64,000 bases of DNA, from contig NIVC01000292.1 in the NCBI GenBank assembly GCA_002269645.1, forward strand, positions 310,001 to 374,000, in the 5' to 3' direction. Made by a program: the position numbers and the translations under genes. The notes under the pieces are model-generated. The model was given only the letters and a program-made list of their open reading frames with translations. It did not search any database and was not told where the DNA came from. Positions 34,353 to 46,654 of the stretch are shown here, one piece after another; within the stretch, counting starts at the first letter, position 1; each line of letters opens with the position of its first letter. The DNA is from Macrostomum lignano. Its lineage: Eukaryota.

Positions 34353-37157
34353 TCACGACTCATGGTAGAAATCGATGACCACCGGCTTAGGAATCTCGTC
34401 CATCGCTGCATTCGACACGAGCACAGAAGAGTCACTGCCTCCCTTCTCCCAGTACTTCACTCCGTTTCCCCGGTGGATGTGCCCGTGCAGCACCGCCAGC
34501 AGTCTGATCCGCTCGCGCACCTCTCTGCCGAGCTCTTCCCACGGCGGGATGTGCGTCACCAGCACGTCGGTGTCAGCCGGCGCGGCTTGCCACCGCGGCA
34601 GGAGGCTCTCCCACGGCTCGCTGAAGCCGCGAGCGTAGCTGGCGTCGCGCAACGGGCACCAGGGGATTCCGTAGAACTTCAGGCCGCAGAGGGTCACTTC
34701 CGAGTCGATGAGGACGTGGCAGCTGGAGGCCAGGCGGCTGGCGAGGCTGCCCCGGCCCCGGCCGCCGGCCAGGTGGTAGCTGGCCAGCCGCATGTCGTGG
34801 TTGCCGGGCACGAACACCTTGTGCTGGTGTGACTGCGAGTCAAAGAAGGCGGCCACTTTGCCGATCTCCCGCTCCTCCAGCAGCCGCAGGAGGGGCAGCT
34901 TGGCCAGGCTGAACGAGTCAAAGTCGCCTGAGTGCACCAGGATGTCCCCGTCGGGTATCGCCTTCGCGAACTCCGCGTGACGCCGGTGGGTGTCGCTGAT
35001 GTGCACGACGCGAACACGACGGCTGTGGTCGCTGCTGTCGCCAACCTGCGCAAATATATTGAGAGACTAAAGGGTAGATCGCTATTACTAAGTTGCATTG
35101 CTGAGTGGATTGCTAGAGTTGCATTGCTGAGTGGATTGCTAGAGTTGTATTACTGAGTGGATTGCTAGAGTTGCATTACCGAGTGGATTGCTAGAGTTGC
35201 ATTACTGAGTGGATTGCTAGAGTTGTATTACTGAGTGGATTGCTAGAGTTGCATTACCGAGTGGATTGCTAGAGTTGCATTACTGAGTGGATCGCTAGAG
35301 TTGAATTACTGAGTGGATTGCTAGAGTTGCATTACTGAGTGGATCGCTAGAGTTGAATTACTGAGTGGATTGCTAGAGTTGCATTACTGAGTGGATTGCT
35401 AGAGTTGCATTGCTGAGTGGATTGCTAGAGTTGCATTACTGAGTGGATTGCTAGAGTTGCATTACTGAGGGGATTGCTAGAGTTGCATTGCTGAGTGGAT
35501 TGCTAGAGTTGCATTGCTGAGTGGATTGCTAGAGTTGCATTACTGAGTGGATTGCTAGAGTTGCATTGCTGAGGGGATTGCTAGAGTTGCATTACTGAGT
35601 GGATTGCTAGAGTTGCATTACTGAGTGGATTGCTAGAGTTGCATTACTGAGTGGATTGCTAGAGTTGAATTACTGAGTGGATTGCTAGAGTTGCATTACT
35701 GAGTGGATCGCTAGAGTTGAATTACTGAGTGGATCGCTAGAGTTGCATTACTGAGTGGATTGCTAGAGTTGCATTACTGAGTGGATCGCTAGAGTTGAAT
35801 TACTGAGTGGATTGCTAGAGTTGCATTACTGAGTGGATCGCTAGAGTTGAATTACTGAGTGGATTGCTAGAGTTGCATTACTGAGTGGATCGCTAGAGTT
35901 GAATTACTGAGTGGATTGCTAGAGTTGCATTACTGAGTGGATCGCTAGAGTTGCATTACTGAGTGGATTGCTAGAGTTGCATTGCTGAGTGGATTGCTAG
36001 AGTTGCATTACTGAGTGGATTGCTAGAGTTGCATTGCTGAGTGGATTGCTAGAGTTGCATTACTGAGTGGATTGCTAGAGTTGCATTGCTGAGTGGATTG
36101 CTAGAGTTGCATTACTGAGTGGATTGCTAGAGTTGCATTACTGAGTGGATTGCTAGAGTTGCATTGCTGAGGGGATTGCTAGAGTTGCATTGCTGAGTGG
36201 ATTGCTAGAGTTGCATTGCTGAGTGGATTGCTAGAGTTGCATTGCTGAGTGGATTGCTAGAGTTGCATTACTGAGTGGATTGCTAGAGTTGCATTACTGA
36301 GTGGATTGCTAGAGTTGCATTACTGAGGGGATTGCTAGAGTTGTATTACTGAGTGGATTGCTAGAGTTGCATTGCTGAGGGGATTGCTAGAGTTGCATTG
36401 CTGAGTGGATTGCTAGAGTTGCATTGCTGAGGGGATTGCTAGAGTTGCATTGCTGAGTGGATTGCTAGAGTTGCATTACTGAGGGGATTGCTAGAGTTGT
36501 ATTACTGAGTGGATTGCTAGAGTTGCATTACTGAGGGGATTGCTAGAGTTGTATTACTGAGTGGATTGCTAGAGTTGCATTGCTGAGGGGATTGCTAGAG
36601 TTGCATTGCTGAGTGGATTGCTAGAGTTGCATTGCTGAGTGGATTGCTAGAGTTGCATTACTGAGGGGATTGCTAGAGTTGTATTACTGAGTGGATTGCT
36701 AGAGTTGCATTGCTGAGGGGATTGCTAGAGTTGCATTGCTGAGTGGATTGCTAGAGTTGCATTGCTGAGGGGATTGCTAGAGTTGCATTGCTGAGTGGAT
36801 TGCTAGAGTTGCATTGCTGAGTGGATTGGTAGAGTTGCATTACTGAGTGGATTGCTAGAGTTGCATTGCTGAGTGGATTGCTAGAGTTGCATTGCTGAGT
36901 GGATTGCTAGAGTTGCATTACTGAGTGGATTGCTAGAGTTGCATTACTGAGTGGATTGCTAGAGTTGCATTGCTGAGTGGATTGCTAGAGTTGCATTGCT
37001 GAGTGGATTGCTAGAGTTGCATTACTGAGTGGATTGCTAGAGTTGCATTACTGAGTGGATTGCTAGAGTTGCATTGCTGAGTGGATTGCTAGTTTAGATT
37101 GTGTTGAAGATTCGATGCACGAAGGCAGCGGAGTACCTTCACGTGATGTGGCTCCAT
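34353..37157 (-). CDS. MPPED-like calcineurin-like metallophosphoesterase, paralog 1 (motifs intact); exons 37157-37137, 35045-34353
   Basis: MEPHHVK micro-exon, then VVHISDTH, HSGDF, VPGNHD, VLVTH and LHGHIH: the full metal-binding motif set. Confidence 0.88.
35085..37092. repeat. 26-bp minisatellite (gagtggattgctagagttgcattact) filling the MPPED paralog 1 intron
   Basis: About 77 copies. Confidence 0.97.
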
Positions 37158-38296
37158 TCCGTGACGATTTCGCTGCTTTGAGCTTCTTCGTCCACGAAGT
37201 GCTCGACTGATGAAGATTCCGGAAGCGCGACCCAGTTTCAGAATAAATTTTCTCAAAGATTCAACCTCGACTCGACCTCGACCGACCAAAGCATGCAGAC
37301 TGTCAAAACCTGCTGTGAGTAGAGGGACTCTTCATGCGCATTGCGCTGCTTTGACTCAACTGGCTTCCACTCTGACTGTACTTGGCCTGTCGGCAAAGTA
37401 CAATCTGCTGTAGCCATTATATACCGCATTGCTCAATGTACATTCTCACTCTCTCACTGCCATGTTGCCTCGGGCAGTGCAATGACTGGCCTGACCCGAG
37501 AGTAGATAGAGAGAGAGACAGTTCCCAGGACAACAAAAATTTTCTACTATAAATAGCTCCGCCCTGTGACAGGCTGGAGCTTTACTTGTAATTGGGTATT
37601 TTTCACTTTAGAACTGCCTCATTCACTCCCAGCTTCTGAGCTCACTCTTGAACTGCCTCATTCACTCCCAGCTCCCTGAGCTCACTCTAGAACTGCCCCA
37701 TTCCCTGACAGAGTGATCAAACTCGTGAAAAATTCCAGGATGACTTAATTAGAAGGCTGGACACCTGGTTTCTTAGAAAATTTTAGAAGGCAGGTTTTCC
37801 CGGAAAAATACACTACGGAGATAGGAAGTTTTCATTTTTCAGCACAAAAATTGTTATTGCTTTTGATAGGAGGCAGATCCAGTGCTCATCTTTTGATATG
37901 TTGTGCCTTTCTTATTGCTCTATTGATATTCGTAAAGCTCTCCGTTTAAAAATTATGATTTTATGTAATTTTTTTATTCTACGTACATTCTACGTTTTTA
38001 AGTCGTCCTTGGAAAAATTATGGAACAGAAATGACAGGTCATCAATGGATGCAAACAACAAATCATTATTTGCATTAAAGTACACCAATTAAAATTGGAA
38101 TCGAATCACATGCCATGCCAGTGCGCGAGCTGCTGTTTCAAAATCCCTCGGGCTGGATGCAATGAAGGTAATCAAATTGATTCTTAATTCGCGTCATTTC
38201 AATAACAGAAATTGTTTGCAGATTCAATTGACAAGAGAGACCCGATTGCATTCTTCTGGCCTACTGCTACTGTCAGTAGTCACTGAAGCCGGCCAA

Positions 38297-38974
38297 TCAG
38301 GATGGCGTGGCCGGCCGGGCCTTCACGTAGGCGGCCAGCCGGGGACTCGTGGCCAGCAGCCGTTCGCTGTGCGCCCGAAGGTCGGGCAGCAGCAGCAGCC
38401 TGGCCGAGGCTTCGGACAGCTCGGCGTGCTGCTCCGGCGGCAGGTTGAACACCGGAAGGCGCGCCGCCGCGTCTGCCGCTTTGAAGATGGCCAGGTCGCC
38501 CAGGGTAGCCCCGGTGGCGGCGCCAGGGACCACGGGTTTGCCGCCGGGGACGAGGCGGGCGAGCCCGGCCGCCAGCTGGCCGCACCGCTCGCTGATGTCG
38601 GCCTGCCAGAGCGCCATCCGCTGGTCCTCTGGGGTCCGGTAGACTCGCAGCAGCTCCAGCTCGAGGTCCTCCGCCTGCTGCACGGCCTGGTCGATGAGGA
38701 AGGCCTCCCAGGGATCATCCGGGTTGCCATAGAGACCGCCCAGGCGGGCAAAGTAGCGCGCGATGGCCAGGCTCTGGGTGAGGGTGCGGCCGTTGGGCAG
38801 CTGGACGAACGGGCAGCGGCCATTCGGCGACAGGCTGCGGTAGGTCTCGGCCCACTGCTGCCTGCTGAACCGAACCTCGTCAAACTCGATGCCTGCGGCG
38901 GACAGGACGAGCCGGCAGAGCTCGCCCCGACCCCGGAAGTCAAAGTAGAACAGCGTGGGCCGCTCCGGAGCCAT
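38297..38974 (-). CDS. Glutathione S-transferase, sigma-like, intronless
   Basis: TLFYFDFRGRGELCRLVL (catalytic Tyr region), a cis-Pro loop, LTQSLAIARY and a C-terminal TLGDLAIF motif. Confidence 0.92.
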   Translation of the reverse strand: MAPERPTLFYFDFRGRGELCRLVLSAAGIEFDEVRFSRQQWAETYRSLSPNGRCPFVQLPNGRTLTQSLAIARYFARLGGLYGNPDDPWEAFLIDQAVQQAEDLELELLRVYRTPEDQRMALWQADISERCGQLAAGLARLVPGGKPVVPGAATGATLGDLAIFKAADAAARLPVFNLPPEQHAELSEASARLLLLPDLRAHSERLLATSPRLAAYVKARPATPS

Positions 38975-39689
38975 TGAAGAGCTTCAAATAAGACGGCAGA
39001 CTGAGGGAGTTTCGCTGCTTTTCGAGTTGCGCTTCGGTGCCCGGTGCGTCTCGTCGCGAGCAGAGCCGAGCCGAGCATGGCTAGCTGAGCGCGAACGAGC
39101 ATATCTATGGCGCCGCACACTGCGGTTGAGTGGGCAGCGCTGCTGTGTGGATGGGAGCTGAGCAGTGCATGAGCACAATTAGAAGTGTTTTGCAGATAGT
39201 TGGCGCAAGCAGACAGGCAAGCTGTGTTAACACGAATTCCATTCAGAGCTTGTTTCTGAGCTGGGCTGGGGTCGTTCGGATGAAATTCGCATTGTTAGTT
39301 GTAGTTGCAACCCCGCTGAGCGCATGTAGTTTCATTTCAAAGTTTCATTTAGCAACTCATTGTGCGATAGAGGCGCACCAGCCTTGCCTGCGCAAGTTTA
39401 CAACCCCGCCTCCAAAATGCTTTGAATGGTAGCGAATGCAGACTTGGCTTGTTTGCTACTTAATGTGTTATTTCAACTGAAAGTTTAGCTACCTGTATCT
39501 TGATTAGGGGGGAGAAAACTCGAAAGCAGTGGAATAGCCAGAGGTAATCATTAAAATCGAGATGGGGAGGTCACTGTCCCTCTCAAATAGTGCTTATCTA
39601 GGGGAGGTCAAGGTGGTCAAATATCCCAGGAAAAAATAGGAGCCTTTTTTCGGCGCCAAAATAGCGTTAAAATGTTTTTTGTTTAGTTC

Positions 39690-40190
39690 GTGGCAACAAG
39701 GGGACTCCGCCTCAATCTGTCAAATCTGTGTTCCAGCGGTCGTTGAACCCGACGCACATCTTTGACCCTAATCCAAAATACTTGACTTGCATGACGCCCA
39801 TTTCGCCAGCCCCTGGCGACCAATGACTTCTGTCGAAGTGGGAAGGGAAAGAACTCAGCCCGTCCCGTGTCCCTGAGGTACCGGGCGAGCAGCGGGATGC
39901 TCTCGGGCCTGCAAACGTCGGAGAGAACCGGGTTTGGCCCGAGGTGAGCGAGCCTGGCCCTGGTGAAAACCGGGCAGTGGCAGATAAAGTGCTCGGCGTT
40001 TTCACTGCCTGAGCGGCAGAAGCTGGGCATCGCTCCTCAGGTACCTGGATCTGAAGGAAACGGTGGATGCTGACTGCTCTAAGATCCCAGCGGTTGAGAC
40101 TAAGGAGGGCTCTACGCAGGAGAGTGGAGGGCAGGGGACGGGATTGCGTTGATACTCGCACAGAAGGCATTAGGCACGGCTGGATGCTGG
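39690..40190 (-). mobile_element. Non-LTR retrotransposon 3' fragment (C-terminal CCHC region)
   Basis: LLSLNRWDLRAV...EERCP, then frameshifted FCRSGSENAEHFICHCPVFTRAR, typical of the zinc knuckle after RT/RNase H in R1/LOA/I-type LINEs. Confidence 0.75.
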
Positions 40191-41520
40191 AAGCGGATAT
40201 AAAGAATCAGTGCAATCAGATTAAGTGAAAGCTGTTTGACTCTTTGGCTGTCATCCCCAAATTCACTCACTTTTGTCAAATTCTAAAATCAGTTTAGCAT
40301 ACTCATAGCCAATATTTTTATGTATGTACTTTTTATGTATTTTATTTACCGCAAAATTTGAAGCTTAGTTTTCGAACATAAACAATAAAAAACAACAATA
40401 ATGTGCACTGGTACATTTTGTGCCTACTATCTGTGCAGTAGTATGGTAAAGACAAACAATACATTGCGTGACAACCGAAGCCTTCGTACCCGTATTAGCA
40501 AACAAATATTTTTAAGCTTTTCGACGCTATATTATGTACTTTTAAGCAATTTCGACTCTATGTACTTTCGGCTCAGTATTTATTACAGTCACATTAATTT
40601 AGGGCTCAATTGAAATCTCGGCTTGGCTTTACGTCTTGTTGGTCCAGATGTCTTTGTCTTGATTTTCAGTCATCGTCGGTGCCTACTTGGGATCGTGGGG
40701 TGTCCTGAAACCAGCTGAAACCAGCTGTCCATGGAACTGGATGACTGCGAACTGAGCCTATTGTGCATGATTAGGTGTTTAAGGCGTGATGCTGGTACCG
40801 CGGGAGCCTGCATCGCCGAACTCCTGAACTGTTAAGATTTTGGCCCAAGCTATTTTTATTGTGTTACGAAAGGCATGCCGCCGCAGCTTCCATAATTCGA
40901 GTGCACAAGAAGGCTATTGCATGCAGGGTAGAGCAAGAAAACTTTCCGCATCAGTGCGGGGTGGGCATGCAGGTGAGCGCTGGCGGGGCTGTCGCCTCTG
41001 TGCGTTGGAGGCGTTCCATGGCTCCATGTTCCATGCAAGCAAAGTATTCGATGTTGTTTATTTCAAAACTTAGCGATGAAACTGAGACTCATCAGTGAAA
41101 TATATTTATAGTTCAAGTCCTGTGATCTTGATGTCTCATGTCTTTTTAGTGCCAGCGGTTTTGTGATTTCTTATGTTTACATTTTCAAAATGCCTGCTGA
41201 CAGCCGTTTTTTATTGCTAGTTTCAGTTTTTAGATATGAATTTTTAGTATAGGGGACTAGCCATCTGCGCCCCCTGTAGTAGCAATTACGTATTTTTGAC
41301 CTTGTACAGTCACTATTGTTAGTTTCTTAAGGAAAAAGATGTCTAAAGCAAAAAATGAAAGCATCTGACCTCAATGTAAGCTATCTGGCCTGAGATATCA
41401 GCCTCCCCTTTAACCGCCAGCAGTCTGATGGTAAGCAGTGCTTACCACGCTGACACTCCAATCCAAGCCTAAACTTTCGCGAGTGAGGAAAGTCTCTATA
41501 AGTCTATGGCTGGCCACAGG

Positions 41521-41598
41521 CCGTTCCGGTCGGCTATGGTAAGCAGAGCTTGCCATAGAATTGAAGTTAGGAAAATCAGATTGAGCAGCTCTTCAAAA

Positions 41599-41630
<32 letters not shown>

Positions 41631-43531
41631 TCAGCCATTAGGGGTCATGGACAAATATTTATTCAAAAAGGAACTAGCTTTACTTTTATCCTTCCAAATA
41701 AAAAAATTTGTCATTTGCCTTTTATACCGCAGTTGGTTGAAATCTGCTACAGATTATTCACGGTCTGGAAACAACTCGACTGAAGAAAAAATCATACAAA
41801 AAATATTTTAACAAAGTAAAACAAAAGTAAGCAGATCGTACATTTAGATGCAAAAGTACTCCAAAACGCAAAAAAGAACATTGTGATATGTGTTAGACAA
41901 CTTTAAACTTTAAATAAACATAATAACTCAGTAAACTTACAAACTACATTAAAATATACTGACTTGCATTATATTTTGACTAAGTTCGAGTGAACAGTTG
42001 CCTTCAAATAGATTCATTAAGGCAGACTTAGTCCAAATCGCAGTCGAAGATCAGGCATGCCACTGCTGAAAGCAAGCTTCCAAGCAGAGCCCCGGTTCCC
42101 CTGGACACTCAGGGCAGCAGTAGATCGTGCGCTTGCTGCTTCCAGCTCTGTAGCAGACACGACAGCGCTTTGTTGGTCTTGGCTGACTGTCCCGCGCCAC
42201 AATCTTCGTTGGAAAGTGCGGACTGACTGGGCCACCTGGAGCGGCCTGGATGCCAGCGGCCGGGCGCTTCCTGCTCGTTCCGGTACGCTCCACCAGCTCC
42301 CGAATGCTGGCCTCAAGAAACTTGGCGAACGTCTTCTCTCCACCGCACCGGCTGTACACAATCCAAGCGTTGCGAATCATTTGAAGAAAAAGATGCAAGC
42401 CGAGCTTCAAAAACCACTTTGTAGTTTTCCTCCCTGGCAGATGAGGCTGTAGATGACTGTCCATTCTGTCAACACCACCCATGCACCGATTGTAGGTGAG
42501 AACTGACCTGCTCTTCTGCACCACTGTTTCTGCTCCTCCACGAACCACGCGTCTGGTTTGAACCCTCTCAGCCGCCTCTTTCGTGTCCAGCAAATACAGA
42601 GTCTTCAGGCCACTCTCCTTTCGTTCAACGATCTTGACAGCCAGCACCCCGTCTTTGCGCATGAAGGCGACGTCGTTAGGTGGAACGTGCAGCTGTCTGA
42701 GCTCAATCGGCACACCTCGGTCGGCCCGGACGGTACAAGTCTCTTTCAAAGCCTGCAGCAACGGACGGATCTTAAAGAGAGGATCGTTGACAATCGGATC
42801 CTCAGCGCAATCGTAGAAACGGAGCAGACCAAGTAGCTGCTTGAAGCGGTCCCTTGAGAGAGCTTGAGGTGCTTGAAAGTACGGCGTACTGTAGTAACTG
42901 TCTGTGCTCCAGTACTCGTTCATTTCGGCCTTTTTATTGGAACCCATGTAAAGGCACATTCCTAACACTTTCTTTACTTCATTCGCACTGCAATCTCTTC
43001 ATTGCGCAAAATTCCGAGGCAGGTCGTCGACATTGACAGAGTGGATCGCCGCCCAGGCTCTTCGATTAGTCCATTTTGCCAGTTCTTCGAAAAGGCTATT
43101 GGACAAAAAAAGACCGAGAAAAAAGGACGTTGCCTGCTCAACATCACCAGGTACGCAAATTCCTGGATTCAGTCCCTAGAAACTCGTGCACATTCGCTTG
43201 CACGTCATGCCCAGCAACTACAGAATGCCAAGACAGCTCTTCCGTCTCTTCGGCAGTGCTCTGGCCGTCCGACTCACCATAATCGTCCTCTGACATGATG
43301 TCTTCTTCTTCATCGGACGTCATTAGGTCCGAATCGGAAAAACTTTCAAATTCTTCCATGAGTGCAGCCATAATCTTCAGCTGTAAAATTTTCTATGTTA
43401 GTTTATGGAGACTTAGTTTTGGGCCTTATTCATAGTCTTTTTATCAGACTGGAATGACCACAGACTTAGCAAACCATTCTGCTGAAAGGAATAGTCTATG
43501 GTAAGCGCTGCTTACCATCCGACCGGAACGG
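41521..43531 (-). mobile_element. Internally deleted piggyBac-family DNA transposon
   Basis: Inverted ends ccgttccggtcgg(ct)atggtaagcag.gctt.ccataga at 41521-41559 and 43494-43531 surround a PGBD4-like transposase relic. No TTAA directly at either end. Confidence 0.8.
42051..43371 (-). pseudogene. piggyBac transposase pseudogene
   Basis: Acidic N-terminus, EYWSTD, SRDRF...LLRF, DPLFKIRPLL, YNRCMGGVDRMD, RKTTKW and a C-terminal Cys-rich domain; frameshift near 43160, TGA in place of a conserved Trp near 43000, and the central region carrying the first two catalytic Asp is missing. Confidence 0.88.
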
Positions 43532-44935
43532 AGATGAATAAAATCCTCTTCAGTTCGGAAGAGGTTTTAAGCCATGGCCTTAACCTTTGCTTTCCCTTTG
43601 AAGCTTGGCTTGTCAACAACTTCCAATTGACCATTGGCATCTGAACAACCTCCTTTCAATGAGCCAGAGCATTTCAGCAATCCCCCACATTTCGTCGAAG
43701 CCTCTTTTGTTTCAAGCTTTTAATGTTTTGGTTAGGTTAATGCTGGCATTTGAATACTTTGACGGGTGACAGGAAGTGAGCCAGAGTCCGAAGATGATTG
43801 CAATCCAAGGCTTCCCTGACCCCTCATTTGGTACAGAAGAAAGATCTGCCACTTGTGGCACTCATGTGGCAGCTCAACCGGACTCAAGCAATCAAAGGTT
43901 TTACAAAATTTCAATGAATTAAGGCGGCTTTTTTCAAGACTGGGTTAGGCAAAGAAATTCCCTGAGGAATCTGCCTCGGCGTTCTGGTTTCCGACGCTCA
44001 AAAGGATCTGTGGCATCGCCCGTTCTGTAAGGCAAGGACAGTGCTGCAGTCCGAAGCCCTACCTAACCGTCAGACCCGTCAGACTTGAACTCAACGTATG
44101 AGCTGCATAAAATGCAGTCATATTTGCGAAGGACGGCTGCACCTAAAACTAGCTGCGTAATTCGCATTTGTTCTATGTAGCTTATAAGAGTTTCCGTTCC
44201 CACGCGCCTGTTCTGCAGTGTTTTAAATAAAAGGAGAGACAGTGTAGGCGCCATGGTTTCACTTTTCTCTCGCCCGCATCTGCGGGCCTAAAGGCATGGC
44301 CATTGCCTCGGCTGGGCTGTAGACCGCAGCAGCCTGGGCCCAGAAATACGACCGTGCTTCGAGTTCAATTCTTTCTTATCCGACGTGAGCAGAAGGTGCA
44401 GGCAGGACGCAAAATGCTACCTGTTACACAACGCGGCGACTCCAGCTGACAGGCCACAACACTGGGTTCTGTCAGTAGAGCGTCGTGTAATCACACACTG
44501 GCACCTGTGACGCTGTGTTCCTGGCTTTGTTTATAGTTTTAGTATTCTGTGGAATTTAAATTTCTCAACGAAACCAACTGCCACCAACTACAGGCAGTAG
44601 CTGAAAGTGTAATGTTCTTCGGGCCAAGCATGACTGTTCTGGCAAAAATCAATTCTGAATGTTTCAGAACTCTAACTTCAAGGAAATTTCCGACAGCTAA
44701 CAGACAAGCGTTGCTTGCCGTCCAGAGACGATAATGACTCAGAATTTATTGTTTCTTCAATAAACGAGTCACACAGTATCAATTCATAGTGTTGAGCTGA
44801 GGTTAGTTTTTGCACCGCAAACGAGTCGTGTTACTATTGAGAGAAAAAGTACATAAAATGGGTTACATTGGTACAGAAACTTGGCTGTCCCTAGAAATAT
44901 TCACTCAGTCAGTAGTTCATAGTTAAAGTTAAAAG

Positions 44936-45742
44936 TCACTCATCGAGATAGAAGTCGATAATGACAGGCCTGGGGCGCTGCTTCATGGCCGCGTTGGAGA
45001 CAACGAGCTCTCCAGAAGAGCCGTCGCTGCCGACCTGATGCTTTTCAACTCCGTTTTCCTTGGGTTCAAAGCCGTGCAGGACGGCCAGCGGCTTGGCGCT
45101 CTGGAACAGCGCCTCGGCGAGCTGCTCGTACAGCGGGATGTGCGTCACCAGCACTTTGGTGTCCGAGGGCACAGCGCGCCAAAAATGAGCCAGCTTTTCT
45201 GGGTTCATCCAGAAGCCGCAAGGTAATTCGGCACGAGGTCCGTACATGGGAAACCAGGGGATGCCGTAGAACTTCAGGCCACAGAGGGTAACCTCCGAGT
45301 CGATGAGCACGTGGCAGCTGGAGGCCAGGCGGCTGGCCAAGCTACCCCGGCCTCGGCCGCCGTTGTAGTGATAGCAGAACAGCCGCATGTCCTCCTTACC
45401 GGGCACGAACACCTTGTGCTGGTGCGGCTGCGAGTCGAAGAACTCGGCCACCTTGCGGATCTCCCGCTCCTCCAGCGCCCTCACCAAGCCCACCTTTAAC
45501 GCGCTGTAGGCTTCAAAGCCTCCAGAATGCACGAGGATGTCGCCGCTTGGGATGGCGAATTGCTCGTGGCGCCGGTCCGTGTCGCTGATGTGCACGACGC
45601 GGACTCGGCGACGCTTGCCGTCGTTGGTGCCGATCTGGGCAGGAGGGGGGGAGCGATCGGAGCGAATTTTTTCTTTCCAATTTCCAATCTCTCAATGCTT
45701 CACGTCAGTTCTACAGCTTACCTGCACATGATGAGGTTCCAT
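44936..45742 (-). CDS. MPPED-like metallophosphoesterase paralog 2 with degenerate active site; exons 45742-45722, 45634-44936
   Basis: Same MEPHHVx micro-exon and collinear protein as paralog 1, ORF intact, but DTH>DTD, GDF>GGF, GNHD>GKED and GHIH>GFEP. Confidence 0.85.
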
Positions 45743-46654
45743 TGGAAGTCCGTGTAGAGCAGAGTGGCTTGAAGTGCCGTCAGAATGCGTTGAAAGTTGA
45801 TGAAGCAAAGCCAAAAACAACGATTGCAGCGAGGCTCGCAAGCCCCTTTTTATAGAATTGGAGTAGCCCAATTTCCCGGCTGATTCCATTGAGGTATTTT
45901 CCACTCATCCAGAATATTTTTTTGACTCTGACCCACTCACCTGCAGTCCTCAAATATAGAAACTGAAACGCAAGTTGATATAAACAAGCATTTAACTCGT
46001 ACTCGGAAAAATATAATTTTCGTACTAGAAACGAACTCAGGTTTTCACGAACTTGGAATACTGCAGTCAACTCGTCTTTAGTCACTGCGCTTTCTCAGCA
46101 TCCACTAATTAAGTAACCACTCCATCATTGCAGAGCGGCACATTGGGTTGTGGCTACAGACTCCAAAAAGCTTTAAAGCAGATTTCGAAACTTGAGCAAT
46201 GAAAAACTGTTCAAAAATAGAAATTGAGACTCACGATAATTGAAATCTATAATTATTATTCAAGTCAGGTTGACCTTGACGTCTCATCTCTATTTTTTGG
46301 GCCAGCGGTTTCGCAATTTCTAATGTTTACATTTTCATGTTGCCTTATTCTGATTACAACTGTTTTCTGACGCTAGTCTCAGCTTTTAGAAGATTTGCTA
46401 GCAGTCTGCACCCCCGTTAGAGAGGCATCAAAGAAGGGAATAAAATTTTTTTAATGAACTATCTGTAGCTTTTGACCATGTGCAGTCGTCATTTTTTAGT
46501 TTCTAAGGAAAGTGATCTTTAAAGCAAAAAAGCATCCGCCCCACAATCAGCCTTCCAGCCCAGGCGTCTGATAAAAACGGCCCGCGGGCCTCGAAGCCTC
46601 TCTATCCGGCCCTCGGGTCCTTTGAAACTTCACAATAGCGATCCGGCCCGCTCA

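Noticed and set aside
40760-40960. Possible hAT transposase dimerisation-domain relic on - (LELWKLRRHAFRNTIKIAWAKILTVQ)
   Set aside because: Similarity is weak, stop-interrupted and lacks the SxxxERxFS motif.
43730-44260. Short - strand ORFs between the piggyBac and MPPED paralog 2
   Set aside because: No recognisable homology, and joining them would require an implausibly short intron.
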